The notes under the pieces are model-generated. The model was given only the letters and a program-made list of their open reading frames with translations, ran no database searches and was not told the DNA's origin. Positions 39,474-48,748 of a stretch of DNA of 64,000 nucleotides are shown in pieces; positions within the stretch are counted from its first letter, which is position 1; each line of letters opens with the position of its first letter. Both the position numbers and the translations under genes were made by a program. This DNA is from an uncultured Christensenella sp. (GTDB lineage Bacteria; Bacillota; Clostridia; Christensenellales; CAG-917), in the NCBI GenBank assembly GCA_910577815.1, contig CAJTNO010000002.1, positions 192,985 through 256,984 of the forward strand. Direction: 5' to 3'.

Positions 39474-40823
39474 ATGTTTTTCAACAACTGTAACTGTAAT
39501 CAACGAGAAAATCATCACGGCTGCGGCTGTAGCTCGAACACGGACTGCGGCTGCAACCGCGTAACGGAATGGCCGATAAACACCGTATGTATGCGCGGAC
39601 CTGTCGGTCCGAGAGGTCCTATAGGTCCGACCGGTCCGATGGGACCGCAAGGTCCAATCGGACCTATGGGTGCGCAAGGTCCCACAGGCTTGACAGGAGC
39701 AACCGGTCCTATCGGACCTCAAGGTCCGCAGGGTCCCGCCGGTCCTGTCGGAGCGACGGGAGCAACAGGCGCAACGGGTCCCCAGGGTCCCGTAGGACCT
39801 CAGGGTGCAACCGGTCCTCAGGGACCTATCGGCGCTACGGGCGCTACAGGTGCGACCGGAGCTACAGGTCCGCAAGGTCCTCAGGGCGAAACGGGCGCGA
39901 CAGGAGCTACCGGCGCAACGGGTGCGGCGGCAGGCTTCGGCACTCCCACAGCTACTGCCGACACACTGCCGGCAGGCTCGGCGGCAACCGCTACCGTGAC
40001 CGCAAGCGGTCCCGACACAGATAAGATATTTGCTTTTACCTTCGGCATTCCTCAGGGAGCGACAGGTGCGACCGGCGCTACAGGTCCTGCCGGACCCGTT
40101 GGTCCGCAGGGACCGCAGGGCGAAACCGGTGCAACAGGTGCTACAGGTGCTACAGGTGCTACAGGTGCAACCGGACCTGCCGGACCTATCGGTCCGCAGG
40201 GTCCTCAGGGCGAAGTCGGCGCAACGGGCGCAACAGGTCCTCAGGGTCCCCAGGGTGAAACGGGTGCGACAGGAGCAACGGGCGCAACGGGCGCAGCAGC
40301 AGGCTTCGGTACTCCCACAGCCGCGGCAACCGCGCTTCCCGCAGGCTCAGCGCCTACGGCAACGGTGACTGCAAGCGGTCCCGACACGGCAAAGGTCTTT
40401 GACTTCGAATTCGGAATTCCTGCAGCCACAGCGGCGGCAGGCGACGCAATCTATGCCTCAAGCGGTGCTCAGACTGCGGCAGCGGCGGCGATAATCCCCA
40501 TAACGCAGAATGCGGCAACGCCCGGCACTACGATGACCGTCGCCGCAAATGCGGTAAACGTACCCGCAGGCACCTATCTCGTAAGCTATGGCGCAACGGG
40601 AACCACCGGCGCAAACGGAACGTTCAGCGTACAGCTCTATCAAAACGGAGCGGCAATAGCCAACGAAATAATTACCAACGAAACCGCAAACACTCAGGAA
40701 GCAAACGTAAGCAAGACTATCGTATACACGACCGCGGCGCCTGCAACGCTTTCAATCCACAATGCTTCTACGGATATCTCGACCTATACGGACGCAAATC
40801 TCACCGTAATGAAGCTTGCCTGA
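39474..40823 (+). CDS. collagen-like triple-helix repeat protein with a BclA-like C-terminal globular domain (exosporium/spore-surface type)
   Basis: 449 aa. Cys-rich N-terminus ([17 protein letters not shown]). Long GPxGxTG tracts interrupted twice by a duplicated ~45-aa beta segment ([33 protein letters not shown]). The Ala/Thr-rich C-terminal ~130 aa resembles the BclA C-terminal domain. Confidence 0.8.
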   Translation: MFFNNCNCNQRENHHGCGCSSNTDCGCNRVTEWPINTVCMRGPVGPRGPIGPTGPMGPQGPIGPMGAQGPTGLTGATGPIGPQGPQGPAGPVGATGATGATGPQGPVGPQGATGPQGPIGATGATGATGATGPQGPQGETGATGATGATGAAAGFGTPTATADTLPAGSAATATVTASGPDTDKIFAFTFGIPQGATGATGATGPAGPVGPQGPQGETGATGATGATGATGATGPAGPIGPQGPQGEVGATGATGPQGPQGETGATGATGATGAAAGFGTPTAAATALPAGSAPTATVTASGPDTAKVFDFEFGIPAATAAAGDAIYASSGAQTAAAAAIIPITQNAATPGTTMTVAANAVNVPAGTYLVSYGATGTTGANGTFSVQLYQNGAAIANEIITNETANTQEANVSKTIVYTTAAPATLSIHNASTDISTYTDANLTVMKLA

Positions 40824-40865
40824 CGCGATTCTCTTGCGAATAAAGACATTGTAACCTCAAAAAAA

Positions 40866-40898
40866 CGAACGGCGCAGGTTTGCGCCGTTCGCTTTATT
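40866..40898 (+). terminator. rho-independent terminator after the collagen-like gene
   Basis: 11-bp stem cgaacggcgca/tgcgccgttcg, loop ggtt, T-rich tail. Confidence 0.75.
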
Positions 40899-40953
40899 GT
40901 TAAAATCCGCACTTTAACTATGAATTTTCGATATATAAAACTCTGTTTCAGTT

Positions 40954-43900
40954 TTATACCTCTATAGAGAAAAACTCAATCATAGCCTTGAGTTTTTGCT
41001 CGGCGGTCTTTTTGTCGGCTTCGAAAATAAGAGTGGGAGGTATCGTGGTTGTAAGCACGACTCCGCTTGCATTGTCCGCAACCGCGCGCATAAGAAGCTC
41101 GTTTTTAAATACGTCCGCGTCATAGAAATTGGCGCCCGCGCCGTTTTTGTTTATCACTATGCGCGACACCTCGAAGCGCGACGAAAGATTTTTGAGCAAC
41201 GCTATATTTATAAGATTTTCAAGCGGAAGGTCTACGGGTCCGTACACCTCGGCAAGCTCCTTGAGCAACGCGTCTCTTGACGATTTGCTCTGCACCTCGG
41301 ATATGCGCTTATAAATTTTAAGCTTATCCCTGCTGCTTACGTAGCCGTCGCTTATATATGCCGCGGCATCCACGCGCATTTCAACCTCGCGGACAGGCTT
41401 GCGGACAATGCCCGTTTTAATCTCCTGTACCGCCTCGTCAAGCAGCTCGAGATACATTTCATAGCCGACCTTCTCAATATGTCCGCTCTGCTCCGCGCCC
41501 AAAAGCGTTCCCGCTCCTCGTATGGACAGGTCGGACATAGCCACCCTGAAGCCGCTGCCTATTTCGGTATTGTCAAGCAGAGTCTTAAGCCTCTTTTCGG
41601 CAGTATCGGTGAGCGTTCCGTTTTCGGGCAGAGTAAAATATGCGTGCGCGAGCGCGCCTCTGCGTCCAACCCTTCCGCGAAGCTGATACAGCTGCGAAAG
41701 TCCGAATTTTCCGCTATCTAACACTATAAGTGTGTTTGCGTCGGGCAGGTCTATTCCGTTTTCGATAATAGTTGTAGCTACAAGCACGTCAAACTGCTTG
41801 TCGTAAAACGCGCTCATTCTCTCCTCGAGCTGACCTGCGGGCATCTGTCCGTGCGCGGTAATCACTCGCGCGCCCTCCGCTATGCTTCTCAGATGCTCGG
41901 CAAACGGATTTAACCGCTCTATATCGTTTAAGAGTATCAGCGTCTGACCTCCTCTTGCCATCTCCCGCTTGATTGCGTCCGCGCATACCGCGTCGCTGTA
42001 GGAAACCACGTAGGTCTGTATGGGCAGTCTGCCCTGCGGAGCGGTTTCGAGCATAGAAATATCTCTGAGCCCCGAAAGCGACATATTGAGCGTGCGCGGA
42101 ATGGGAGTTGCCGACAGCGTAAGCACGTTGACAAGCGGATATCTCTCCTTAAGCTTTTCCTTGTGTTCTACGCCGAACCTCTGCTCCTCATCGAGCACCA
42201 ACAGTCCGAGGTCGTGAAACGCCACGTTTTTGGCAAGCACCTTATGCGTCGCTATAACCATATGAACGGTGCCGTCCTCAAGCTCCTTTAAAAGCTTGGC
42301 GTTTTCGGCGGACGACTGCAATCTCGTAAGCAAGCCGCAGCGTATTCCGAAGGGCTTTAATCTGTCTATAATATTTTCGTAATGCTGTCTTGCAAGGATT
42401 GTTGTGGGCGCAAGCAGAACCGCCTGCTTGGAGTCAAGCACGGTTTTGAACATTGCGCGGAATGCGACCTCGGTCTTGCCGAAGCCCACGTCGCCCACGA
42501 TTAACCTGTCCATAATGCGTCCCTGCTCCATATCCTGCTTTATTTCGGATATAGCCTTTAACTGGTCCGCGGTCTCCTCGTACTCGAAGGCGTCCTCGAA
42601 CTCCTTCTGCCATACGGTATCGTCGGAGTATCTGTAGCCCTGCTGCTTCTCGCGCTTAGCATACAGCTCCACAAGGTTGACGGCAAGCTTACGGACGGAT
42701 TTCTTAACCCTCTCCTTTTCGCGTTCGAACTCCTTGCCGCCTATCTTGTTGAGCGAGGGATGCTCCTCGCCGACGAATTTCTGCAGATTATTCATCTGGT
42801 CGGTGGCAACATACAGAGTATCGCCGTCGCGGTATTTCAAAACGATATATTCGCGCTCGAATTCGCCCGATTTCATTCGGGTAGTACCCTCGCACAAGCC
42901 CACGCCGTGTACACGATGTACTACATAATCCCCTGCTTTCGGCGCGCTAAACTGCCGTTTGTGCGAAATTACGCTTTCGGAATGCTTTCTTCCTATACAT
43001 TCGGATACGCCCACTATGACAGCCCTTGACGCGGGATATATGACGCCCGTATCGACCTTGAGCGGAGTAACCGAAACCTGCGCGTCGCACTCGCCGTCCT
43101 CGCTGTATTCCGCACTTATCTCCGCTTCAAATAGGCTGTCCTTTACGCCCTTTGCCCTCTCGTTGCTTCCGCAGGCAAATATTATCCTTGCGCCGTTCAG
43201 CACAAAGTTTTTCATATCGTTGCCCACTGCCGAGGGGTCAAGATAATACTTTGTTACGGTCTTTGTCATCGGCTCGGTAACATACGTAGGTTCAAATATG
43301 GGATTGCTGAGATTCATTGCCGAAAAGCTAAGCTTGCGCAAGGTCAGCAGCTGTCTTCTCAGCTCGTGTACGGTTATATACGCCTCTCTGTGCAACGGCA
43401 GTATTTCACCTCCGTCGGTCAGAGTCTTTATACGCCCTTCGAATTCCTTGGACAGAATATTAAGCTTGTCAAACACAACCTTAGGCTCGTCGAATACCGT
43501 AACGGAGGTTTCGCCGTCGTCGAGATATTCAAGCAACGTCTGCGTTGCGCCGTCCATAAACGGCAGCGCCCAGACGGCCGAAGCGTTGCAAGCGCCCGTC
43601 CTTATACACTGCGCCGCCTCCGCGCAGTTTCGGCTGTCGGCAAACGGCTTCATAGCCGCAAGCGTGGCTTTGCAGATTTCACCGTCCGCAAGAATATCGC
43701 TTACGGGAGGCAGAACTATTCCGCCGACCTCGTTGGACGACGCCATACTATCGAGGTCGAATATTTTAATATCCTCTACAAGCTCGTCGAAAAAGCTTAT
43801 TCTGTATGCGGTTTTATCGGGAGCGCACACGTCGATTATATCGCCGCGTACGGAAAATTCTCCTACGTCGCCTACGGCGTCCTGCCTTACGTATCCCGAA

Positions 43901-44379
43901 AGCGCAAGTCTGTCCGCGAGCTCGACAGGCGAGATTATATCCTCTTTGTTTATAGCAATCGTATACTTTTTTACAAGCTCCCTTGACGGAAAACGCTGCA
44001 ACAGGCTGTCCGCGCTTGTGACTATAACGTCCGCCTCGCCGCGGTTTACGGCTACAAGCGTTCTCATCCTTTCAAGCACGTTTTCCCGAGTAAAGCCCTT
44101 ACGCGGCAAAAGCACGTCGTCGCGATAAGGCAGGTAGCAGACGCGCACCCCCCAGCTTGCAATTCTGCCCGCAAGACTTTTTGCGGCAAGAGCGTCCGCA
44201 GTAACCACAAGCCTGCGACAGCCGAGCGCGCTTATGATATGCGCCTTTGCGCCGTCCGTAACGCGCATAACGGAAACAGCCGCAAGCTTGGAGTCAGGCA
44301 GTCGCTTTGCGCCTATTCCCTCCAGCTTTGCAAGCTTTTCACCTAAATTTTTAAGCTGTAATATGCTTGGTATGCTCAT
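40954..44379 (-). CDS. mfd: transcription-repair coupling factor
   Basis: 1141 aa. Superfamily-2 helicase motifs (GDVGFGKTEVA, LVLDEEQRFGV, LSATPIPRT) and a CarD/TRCF-like segment (GDYVVHRVHGVG). Confidence 0.95.
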   Translation of the reverse strand: MSIPSILQLKNLGEKLAKLEGIGAKRLPDSKLAAVSVMRVTDGAKAHIISALGCRRLVVTADALAAKSLAGRIASWGVRVCYLPYRDDVLLPRKGFTRENVLERMRTLVAVNRGEADVIVTSADSLLQRFPSRELVKKYTIAINKEDIISPVELADRLALSGYVRQDAVGDVGEFSVRGDIIDVCAPDKTAYRISFFDELVEDIKIFDLDSMASSNEVGGIVLPPVSDILADGEICKATLAAMKPFADSRNCAEAAQCIRTGACNASAVWALPFMDGATQTLLEYLDDGETSVTVFDEPKVVFDKLNILSKEFEGRIKTLTDGGEILPLHREAYITVHELRRQLLTLRKLSFSAMNLSNPIFEPTYVTEPMTKTVTKYYLDPSAVGNDMKNFVLNGARIIFACGSNERAKGVKDSLFEAEISAEYSEDGECDAQVSVTPLKVDTGVIYPASRAVIVGVSECIGRKHSESVISHKRQFSAPKAGDYVVHRVHGVGLCEGTTRMKSGEFEREYIVLKYRDGDTLYVATDQMNNLQKFVGEEHPSLNKIGGKEFEREKERVKKSVRKLAVNLVELYAKREKQQGYRYSDDTVWQKEFEDAFEYEETADQLKAISEIKQDMEQGRIMDRLIVGDVGFGKTEVAFRAMFKTVLDSKQAVLLAPTTILARQHYENIIDRLKPFGIRCGLLTRLQSSAENAKLLKELEDGTVHMVIATHKVLAKNVAFHDLGLLVLDEEQRFGVEHKEKLKERYPLVNVLTLSATPIPRTLNMSLSGLRDISMLETAPQGRLPIQTYVVSYSDAVCADAIKREMARGGQTLILLNDIERLNPFAEHLRSIAEGARVITAHGQMPAGQLEERMSAFYDKQFDVLVATTIIENGIDLPDANTLIVLDSGKFGLSQLYQLRGRVGRRGALAHAYFTLPENGTLTDTAEKRLKTLLDNTEIGSGFRVAMSDLSIRGAGTLLGAEQSGHIEKVGYEMYLELLDEAVQEIKTGIVRKPVREVEMRVDAAAYISDGYVSSRDKLKIYKRISEVQSKSSRDALLKELAEVYGPVDLPLENLINIALLKNLSSRFEVSRIVINKNGAGANFYDADVFKNELLMRAVADNASGVVLTTTIPPTLIFEADKKTAEQKLKAMIEFFSIEV

Positions 44380-44443
44380 TTAACTTTTTATATTGACTTA
44401 AATTTTACGTTAGTTAATCGATTATGTTTAATTCCGGCTGCTT

Positions 44444-45022
44444 TTACGCCTCGTTTCTGTTCAGCTTTTCCTGCACGCGCGCAAACGGAACGCCCTTTAT
44501 AAGCTGCTCTAGCGCGGCTACTCCGTTTGCTATAGCCCTTTTCATATCCCCGTGATATTTATAATCTATTTTGGACAAAACAAATTCAAGCAAAGCAACT
44601 TCGCCGCCCGACAGCTCCGCGGTTTTTGTACCTACGCGCAAGCGCATAAAATTTTGAGTGCCGAGCTCGAGAACGATATTTCTCATTCCGTTGTGCGTTC
44701 CCGCGCTCCCGTCCTCGCGCAGTCTGAGCTTCCCGATTGGAATATCCACGTCGTCGTAGCAGACTATCATATCCTGCGTTTCGTCTATATCGTAGGCACG
44801 GACAAGCTTTCTTACCGACTCTCCCGATAAATTCATATAGGTCTGCGGCTTGGCTATTATTACTCCCGCCTTTTTACATTCGGCAATCTTAGCGTCGCAG
44901 GCGTCCTTTGTAAATTTAACGCCGAGCCTTGCGGCAAGCGCGTCCGCCACCTCAAAGCCCACGTTGTGGTATGTGTTTTTGTACTTTGCTCCGGGATTGC
45001 CCAAGCCTACTACAAGTATCAT
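44444..45022 (-). CDS. pth: peptidyl-tRNA hydrolase
   Basis: 192 aa. MILVVGLGNPGAKYKNTYHNVGF and GTHNGMRNI motifs. Conserved position next to mfd. Confidence 0.95.
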   Translation of the reverse strand: MILVVGLGNPGAKYKNTYHNVGFEVADALAARLGVKFTKDACDAKIAECKKAGVIIAKPQTYMNLSGESVRKLVRAYDIDETQDMIVCYDDVDIPIGKLRLREDGSAGTHNGMRNIVLELGTQNFMRLRVGTKTAELSGGEVALLEFVLSKIDYKYHGDMKRAIANGVAALEQLIKGVPFARVQEKLNRNEA

Positions 45023-45049
45023 AATACTCCCAAGCAGGCGGGCAAAGCC

Positions 45050-46090
45050 TTACGCCTGCGTTTTTGTAATCGTTTTTGTATCCTGCCGCACCCGACCTAT
45101 TGTAAACGAGCCGTCGCCGACGTCGCGCGTAACCGTAGTGCCTGCGGCTATAAACGCGTTATCTCCCACTACTACGGGCGCAATCAGATTGGTATTTGCG
45201 CCGATAAAGCACCTGCTTCCAACCGTAGTCTTGTGCTTCTCGCGACCGTCGTAATTGCAGAACACCGTGCCGCATCCGACGTTTGTACCCTCGCCTACCT
45301 CTGCGTCGCCTACGTAGCTGAGATGCGATGCCTTTACCCCGTCGCTGAGCTTTGAGGCTTTTATCTCCACAAAATCGCCTATGCGGCAGCCCTCGCCAAT
45401 CTGCGCTCCGCGCAGCCTTGCAAACGGACCGACCGTTGCGCGCGGGCGTATACAGGAATCCACAACGTGCGACATTTCCACGTCCGCGCCGCCTTCCACA
45501 ACGGAGTTGCGCACAAGCGACGCGCTGATTTTTGCTCCGCTCCTTATAACGCTTGCGCCCTCTATACGCGAAAACGGCAGGATTTGCGCGCCCGCCTCTA
45601 TCTTTACCGTGTCGTCGATAAACACCGTGGTCTTATCCAAAATGTTCACGCCGGCAAGCAAATGAGCGTCGAGTATCCTGTCTTTTAACAGATTATACAC
45701 CATATTATAGGATTTTGTATCGCCTAACTTCAAAAAGTCGTCGTCAACGACAAAAATTCCCTCCTCGCGCGCGTCACCTATACGTATAAGCGAAGGAGCG
45801 TCCTTTGCCCCGAGCCGCACGGACGAGATGTTTTTATGCTGCATAAGCGCGACAAAATGCTCAACCGTCTTGCGCCTGAGCAACGGAGTATCGAGAGTAA
45901 GCACCACGTTAACGGTATCGGCAAGATAAAAAGCGTCGGGATTGTCAAAAAAAACGCTTTCCTTTACTATTCGGCTGTCGCCTGCGTCAAAGCGGGCGAA
46001 CTCCCTTAAAATATACTCCTCCGCCCTTCGTCCCAATATGGAGCGCTTGGAGTTTGCGGTTTCGATAAAAACAATATTAAACTTATCCAT
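45050..46090 (-). CDS. GlmU-like protein: intact left-handed beta-helix acetyltransferase domain, short and degenerate N-terminal nucleotidyltransferase domain
   Basis: The C-terminus SHLSYVGDAEVGEGTNVGCGTVFCNYDGREKHKTTVGSRCFIGANTNLIAPVVVGDNAFIAAGTTVTRDV is clearly GlmU-like. It is 346 aa (GlmU is usually about 450 aa, from memory) and no LAAGxGTRM motif is visible. Confidence 0.7.
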   Translation of the reverse strand: MDKFNIVFIETANSKRSILGRRAEEYILREFARFDAGDSRIVKESVFFDNPDAFYLADTVNVVLTLDTPLLRRKTVEHFVALMQHKNISSVRLGAKDAPSLIRIGDAREEGIFVVDDDFLKLGDTKSYNMVYNLLKDRILDAHLLAGVNILDKTTVFIDDTVKIEAGAQILPFSRIEGASVIRSGAKISASLVRNSVVEGGADVEMSHVVDSCIRPRATVGPFARLRGAQIGEGCRIGDFVEIKASKLSDGVKASHLSYVGDAEVGEGTNVGCGTVFCNYDGREKHKTTVGSRCFIGANTNLIAPVVVGDNAFIAAGTTVTRDVGDGSFTIGRVRQDTKTITKTQA

Positions 46091-46368
46091 ACCTACACTA
46101 TATTACCGAAAAGCAAAATACTTTCCCGAATAGACAAGCTTCGGCAATTTTTATGCCAATTATGTTATTTACACCCATTTGATATATATTTCGGTTTTAA
46201 TATACGTCCGAATTTGTCTTATTTGTTATAGCTAAGCGGAGAAAATATTAAGCAGTCGCAATTTCTGACATAATAATTTTTGTTTTGCGATTTTAAGCGT
46301 TATATTTACTGCAAAGGGCGCGCTTGCAACATATGCCGAAGTCAAGCTTTTATAAGGGAGATTTAAAT

Positions 46369-46536
46369 ATGGACAATAAGAAAAAGGAAAAATTGGTTGC
46401 AATCGTCGTAACAACGCTCATATCGCTTGCCGTATCGGCGGTAGCCTGCCTTTTGGGAATATCGCCCGAAAAGCTGCCGACCGTCACGGCTCCTGACCTT
46501 GCATCGCCTGCCGCTTATTGCGTTATAAACGCATAA
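46369..46536 (+). CDS. small hypothetical single-pass membrane protein (55 aa)
   Basis: AAGGGAG RBS 8 nt upstream of the ATG at 46369. MDNKKKEK followed by one TM helix. A terminator follows. Confidence 0.45.
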   Translation: MDNKKKEKLVAIVVTTLISLAVSAVACLLGISPEKLPTVTAPDLASPAAYCVINA

Positions 46537-46571
46537 ACGAAAACAGGCGGAATCGCCGCTCTCTTTTGTTT

Positions 46572-46596
46572 CGCGCAAAGGCTTGCGCGCCCTTTT
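46572..46596 (+). terminator. rho-independent terminator after the 55-aa ORF
   Basis: cgcgcaa-aggc-ttgcgcg hairpin followed by cccTTTT. Confidence 0.55.
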
Positions 46597-46622
46597 GCAA
46601 TCTCTACTCCCTTATATAGCGT

Positions 46623-46653
46623 AAAAGGAGAGGCAATATACGCCTCTCCTTTT
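46623..46653 (-). terminator. rho-independent terminator after the 33-aa peptide gene
   Basis: 12-bp stem aaaaggagaggc/gcctctcctttt with a 7-nt loop, 4 nt past the stop codon. Confidence 0.65.
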
Positions 46654-46656
46654 ACA

Positions 46657-46758
46657 TTACAGCAGTGTGCCGAGTATAAAAGCAAACGTCGCAAATACGC
46701 CTGCGACCGCCAATGCGGCTATTATTTTTAAAATGACCGAACGCGCATTTTTCATCAT
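46657..46758 (-). CDS. 33-aa hydrophobic peptide (MMKNARSVILKIIAALAVAGVFATFAFILGTLL), below the ORF-track length cutoff
   Basis: AAAGGAG RBS 5-6 nt upstream of ATGATG. Single TM helix with a basic N-terminus. Immediately followed by a strong terminator. Confidence 0.5.
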   Translation of the reverse strand: MMKNARSVILKIIAALAVAGVFATFAFILGTLL

Positions 46759-46803
46759 AAGCTCCTTTTTATATATTTATCGAACGCAATCAAATGATAT
46801 GCG

Positions 46804-47265
46804 CTATCCGCGGCAGTTTTTACGCTTTTTTTTAAAAAAATCCGAAAGCAATGCGGCACAAGCCTCTTTCATATAACCGCCGCTAACCTCGACGTTATGA
46901 TTGAACAGACCTTTTTCAAGCAGATTGACCTTCGAGCCGCAGGCTCCGCTTTTCTCGTCGTACGCTCCGAAATACACCGCGCGTATGCGCGTGTTTATCA
47001 TAGCTCCCGCGCACATAGGACAAGGCTCGAGCGTGACGTACAGCTCGCAATCCTCAAGCCACCAATTACCTAAGTCTTTCGCGCCTCTGTCAAGCGCTAT
47101 CATCTCCGCGTGACGGAGCGCGTTATTCTCCCGCTCCTTGGCGTTGCCGCTTTCCGCGATTATTTTTCCGTCCTTGACAAGCACCGCGCCGACAGGAACC
47201 TCGTCAAGCTCCGCGCATTGCTTAGCAAGCTCTATTGCGCGTTGCATAAACTGTTGATTGTACAT
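46804..47265 (-). CDS. tadA: tRNA adenosine(34) deaminase
   Basis: 153 aa. HAEMIAL and PCPMCAGA zinc-binding motifs. Confidence 0.95.
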   Translation of the reverse strand: MYNQQFMQRAIELAKQCAELDEVPVGAVLVKDGKIIAESGNAKERENNALRHAEMIALDRGAKDLGNWWLEDCELYVTLEPCPMCAGAMINTRIRAVYFGAYDEKSGACGSKVNLLEKGLFNHNVEVSGGYMKEACAALLSDFFKKKRKNCRG

Positions 47266-47333
47266 AAACCACCGTTTATATGTTTATTTAATATATTTAA
47301 ACCTGCTATCGGGTTATTTCCCGTTTATTTATA

Positions 47334-47792
47334 CTATTTGTTGTAAGGCGTACCCGCGATTATAGTCAATGCGCGATATATCTGCTCGGCAAGCACCACT
47401 CTGAAAAGCTGATGCGGCAGAGTAATCCTGCCAAAGGATATCAGCTTATCCGCGCGCGCTCTCAGCTCGTCCGTGTGACCGTGACTGCCGCCTATCAGAA
47501 AGGAAATTTCCTTAGTGCCGTCCAAGCCCCTTGCGCTTATAAGAGAGGCAAGCTCCTCGCTTGTTATCTGCTCTCCTCTGCCGTCCATTGCGATTATATA
47601 GCCCTTGGCTTTGTCAAGCAGCTGAACGCTCTCTATGCGCGACTGCTCCGCCGCAGTCTTTCCCTGCGGCGCATCGGGAAGTTCCGTCACGCGCACGTCG
47701 CCGAAGCGCGAGCATCGCTTGACGTATTCGTTTACGGCGTCCGAAAAATATCTTTCCTTTAGCTTTCCCGTTGCAATTATGTTTATTTTCAT
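47334..47792 (-). CDS. rlmH: 23S rRNA (pseudouridine1915-N3)-methyltransferase
   Basis: 152 aa, SPOUT fold. FLIGGSHGH...SFGRITLPHQLFRVVLAEQIYRA is typical of RlmH. Confidence 0.9.
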   Translation of the reverse strand: MKINIIATGKLKERYFSDAVNEYVKRCSRFGDVRVTELPDAPQGKTAAEQSRIESVQLLDKAKGYIIAMDGRGEQITSEELASLISARGLDGTKEISFLIGGSHGHTDELRARADKLISFGRITLPHQLFRVVLAEQIYRALTIIAGTPYNK

Positions 47793-48748
47793 CTCATAAG
47801 CCCCCAGACAAGACTGAACAATGTTGCTCCCACGCCGAGAAGCACCGTAAGAATAAACGGAATATCCGTGCGCAAGGGCTTAGCTTCCACCGCAGGCTCG
47901 AAGGGGCGCGCGCCTATTATGCCGTTTTTTACGGCGTCCTTACGCAATAGGTAAAACATAAGCACTAAAAGCGCGGCGCAAACAGCCACCGCGATAAAGC
48001 CCACAGCAAGCCCTGCGGGAGAGCCGTATATCCAGTTTTCTATTACCGTTATAAATGAGAGAATTCCGCCGTTCTGTCCGACGTATCCGCTTATCACAGA
48101 CACGGCGTTATTTAAAAAGTGCATAAAAATCCCCGGAAATACCGAGCCCGTATAATACATCGTAAGCGCCATAACCGCTCCGCCGAAAAACGTGTAGCCC
48201 GTCTGCACTATGTTTTGGTGCATAAGCGAAAAAAGCAGCGCGCTTATAAGCACAAATTTCCAACCGCACTCCCTGTAGCCCGCAAACAGCAGTCCTCTAT
48301 GCGTAAGCTCCTCGAAAACGGCGGGAAGCACGGCAACCAGAACCAGCTCGCGAAAAAGTACGCCTATGCTGCTGTAATCCGTAGGCGAGGACGTGCGGAC
48401 ATATCCTATAAGGCTCAAAAAATTCTGCCATACAAAGGATACTCCCGTAGACACCACTATCATACAAACGCCAAGCACAAGCACTCGCGCGGCGGTTTTA
48501 GCGGATATTTTTTTTACGGCAAAATCGGAAATTACAGTCTTAACGCCCTCTCTGCGCCCGACCGTCAGCAGGTAAAGAGACACGGGCATAACGCCGAAAA
48601 TCATAATCTGCACCATACAGGAATAAAACGCGTCGCTGTTGTCCACTCCGAGCGCGGAATATACGTCGAGAGAGGACGCAATCCTCAATAGCAGAGTAGC
48701 CGCAACTACGGCGAAATATATAAAGCCTATACTGTTGCGCTTTGTCAT
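47789..48748 (-). CDS. CPBP-family intramembrane glutamic endopeptidase
   Basis: 319 aa, polytopic. Motifs EELTHRG, FSLMHQN and HFLNN. Confidence 0.85.
   Translation of the reverse strand: MTKRNSIGFIYFAVVAATLLLRIASSLDVYSALGVDNSDAFYSCMVQIMIFGVMPVSLYLLTVGRREGVKTVISDFAVKKISAKTAARVLVLGVCMIVVSTGVSFVWQNFLSLIGYVRTSSPTDYSSIGVLFRELVLVAVLPAVFEELTHRGLLFAGYRECGWKFVLISALLFSLMHQNIVQTGYTFFGGAVMALTMYYTGSVFPGIFMHFLNNAVSVISGYVGQNGGILSFITVIENWIYGSPAGLAVGFIAVAVCAALLVLMFYLLRKDAVKNGIIGARPFEPAVEAKPLRTDIPFILTVLLGVGATLFSLVWGLMR

Noticed and set aside
39447-40429. Multiple overlapping ORFs on both strands within the collagen-like gene (for example 39447-39875 minus, 39569-40024 plus, 40030-40368 plus)
   Set aside because: These are alternative-frame artefacts of GGN-CCN repeats, giving Arg/Ser/Thr-rich products. 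The GxY frame with RBS and a globular C-terminal domain is the real one.
43298-44128. 276-aa and 206-aa plus-strand ORFs inside mfd, and similar ORFs inside the Zn-ribbon gene (52396-53073), glnS (54390-54917) and the ecfA genes (57729-58342, 58717-59301)
   Set aside because: They are antisense to confidently identified genes and show no motifs or RBS.
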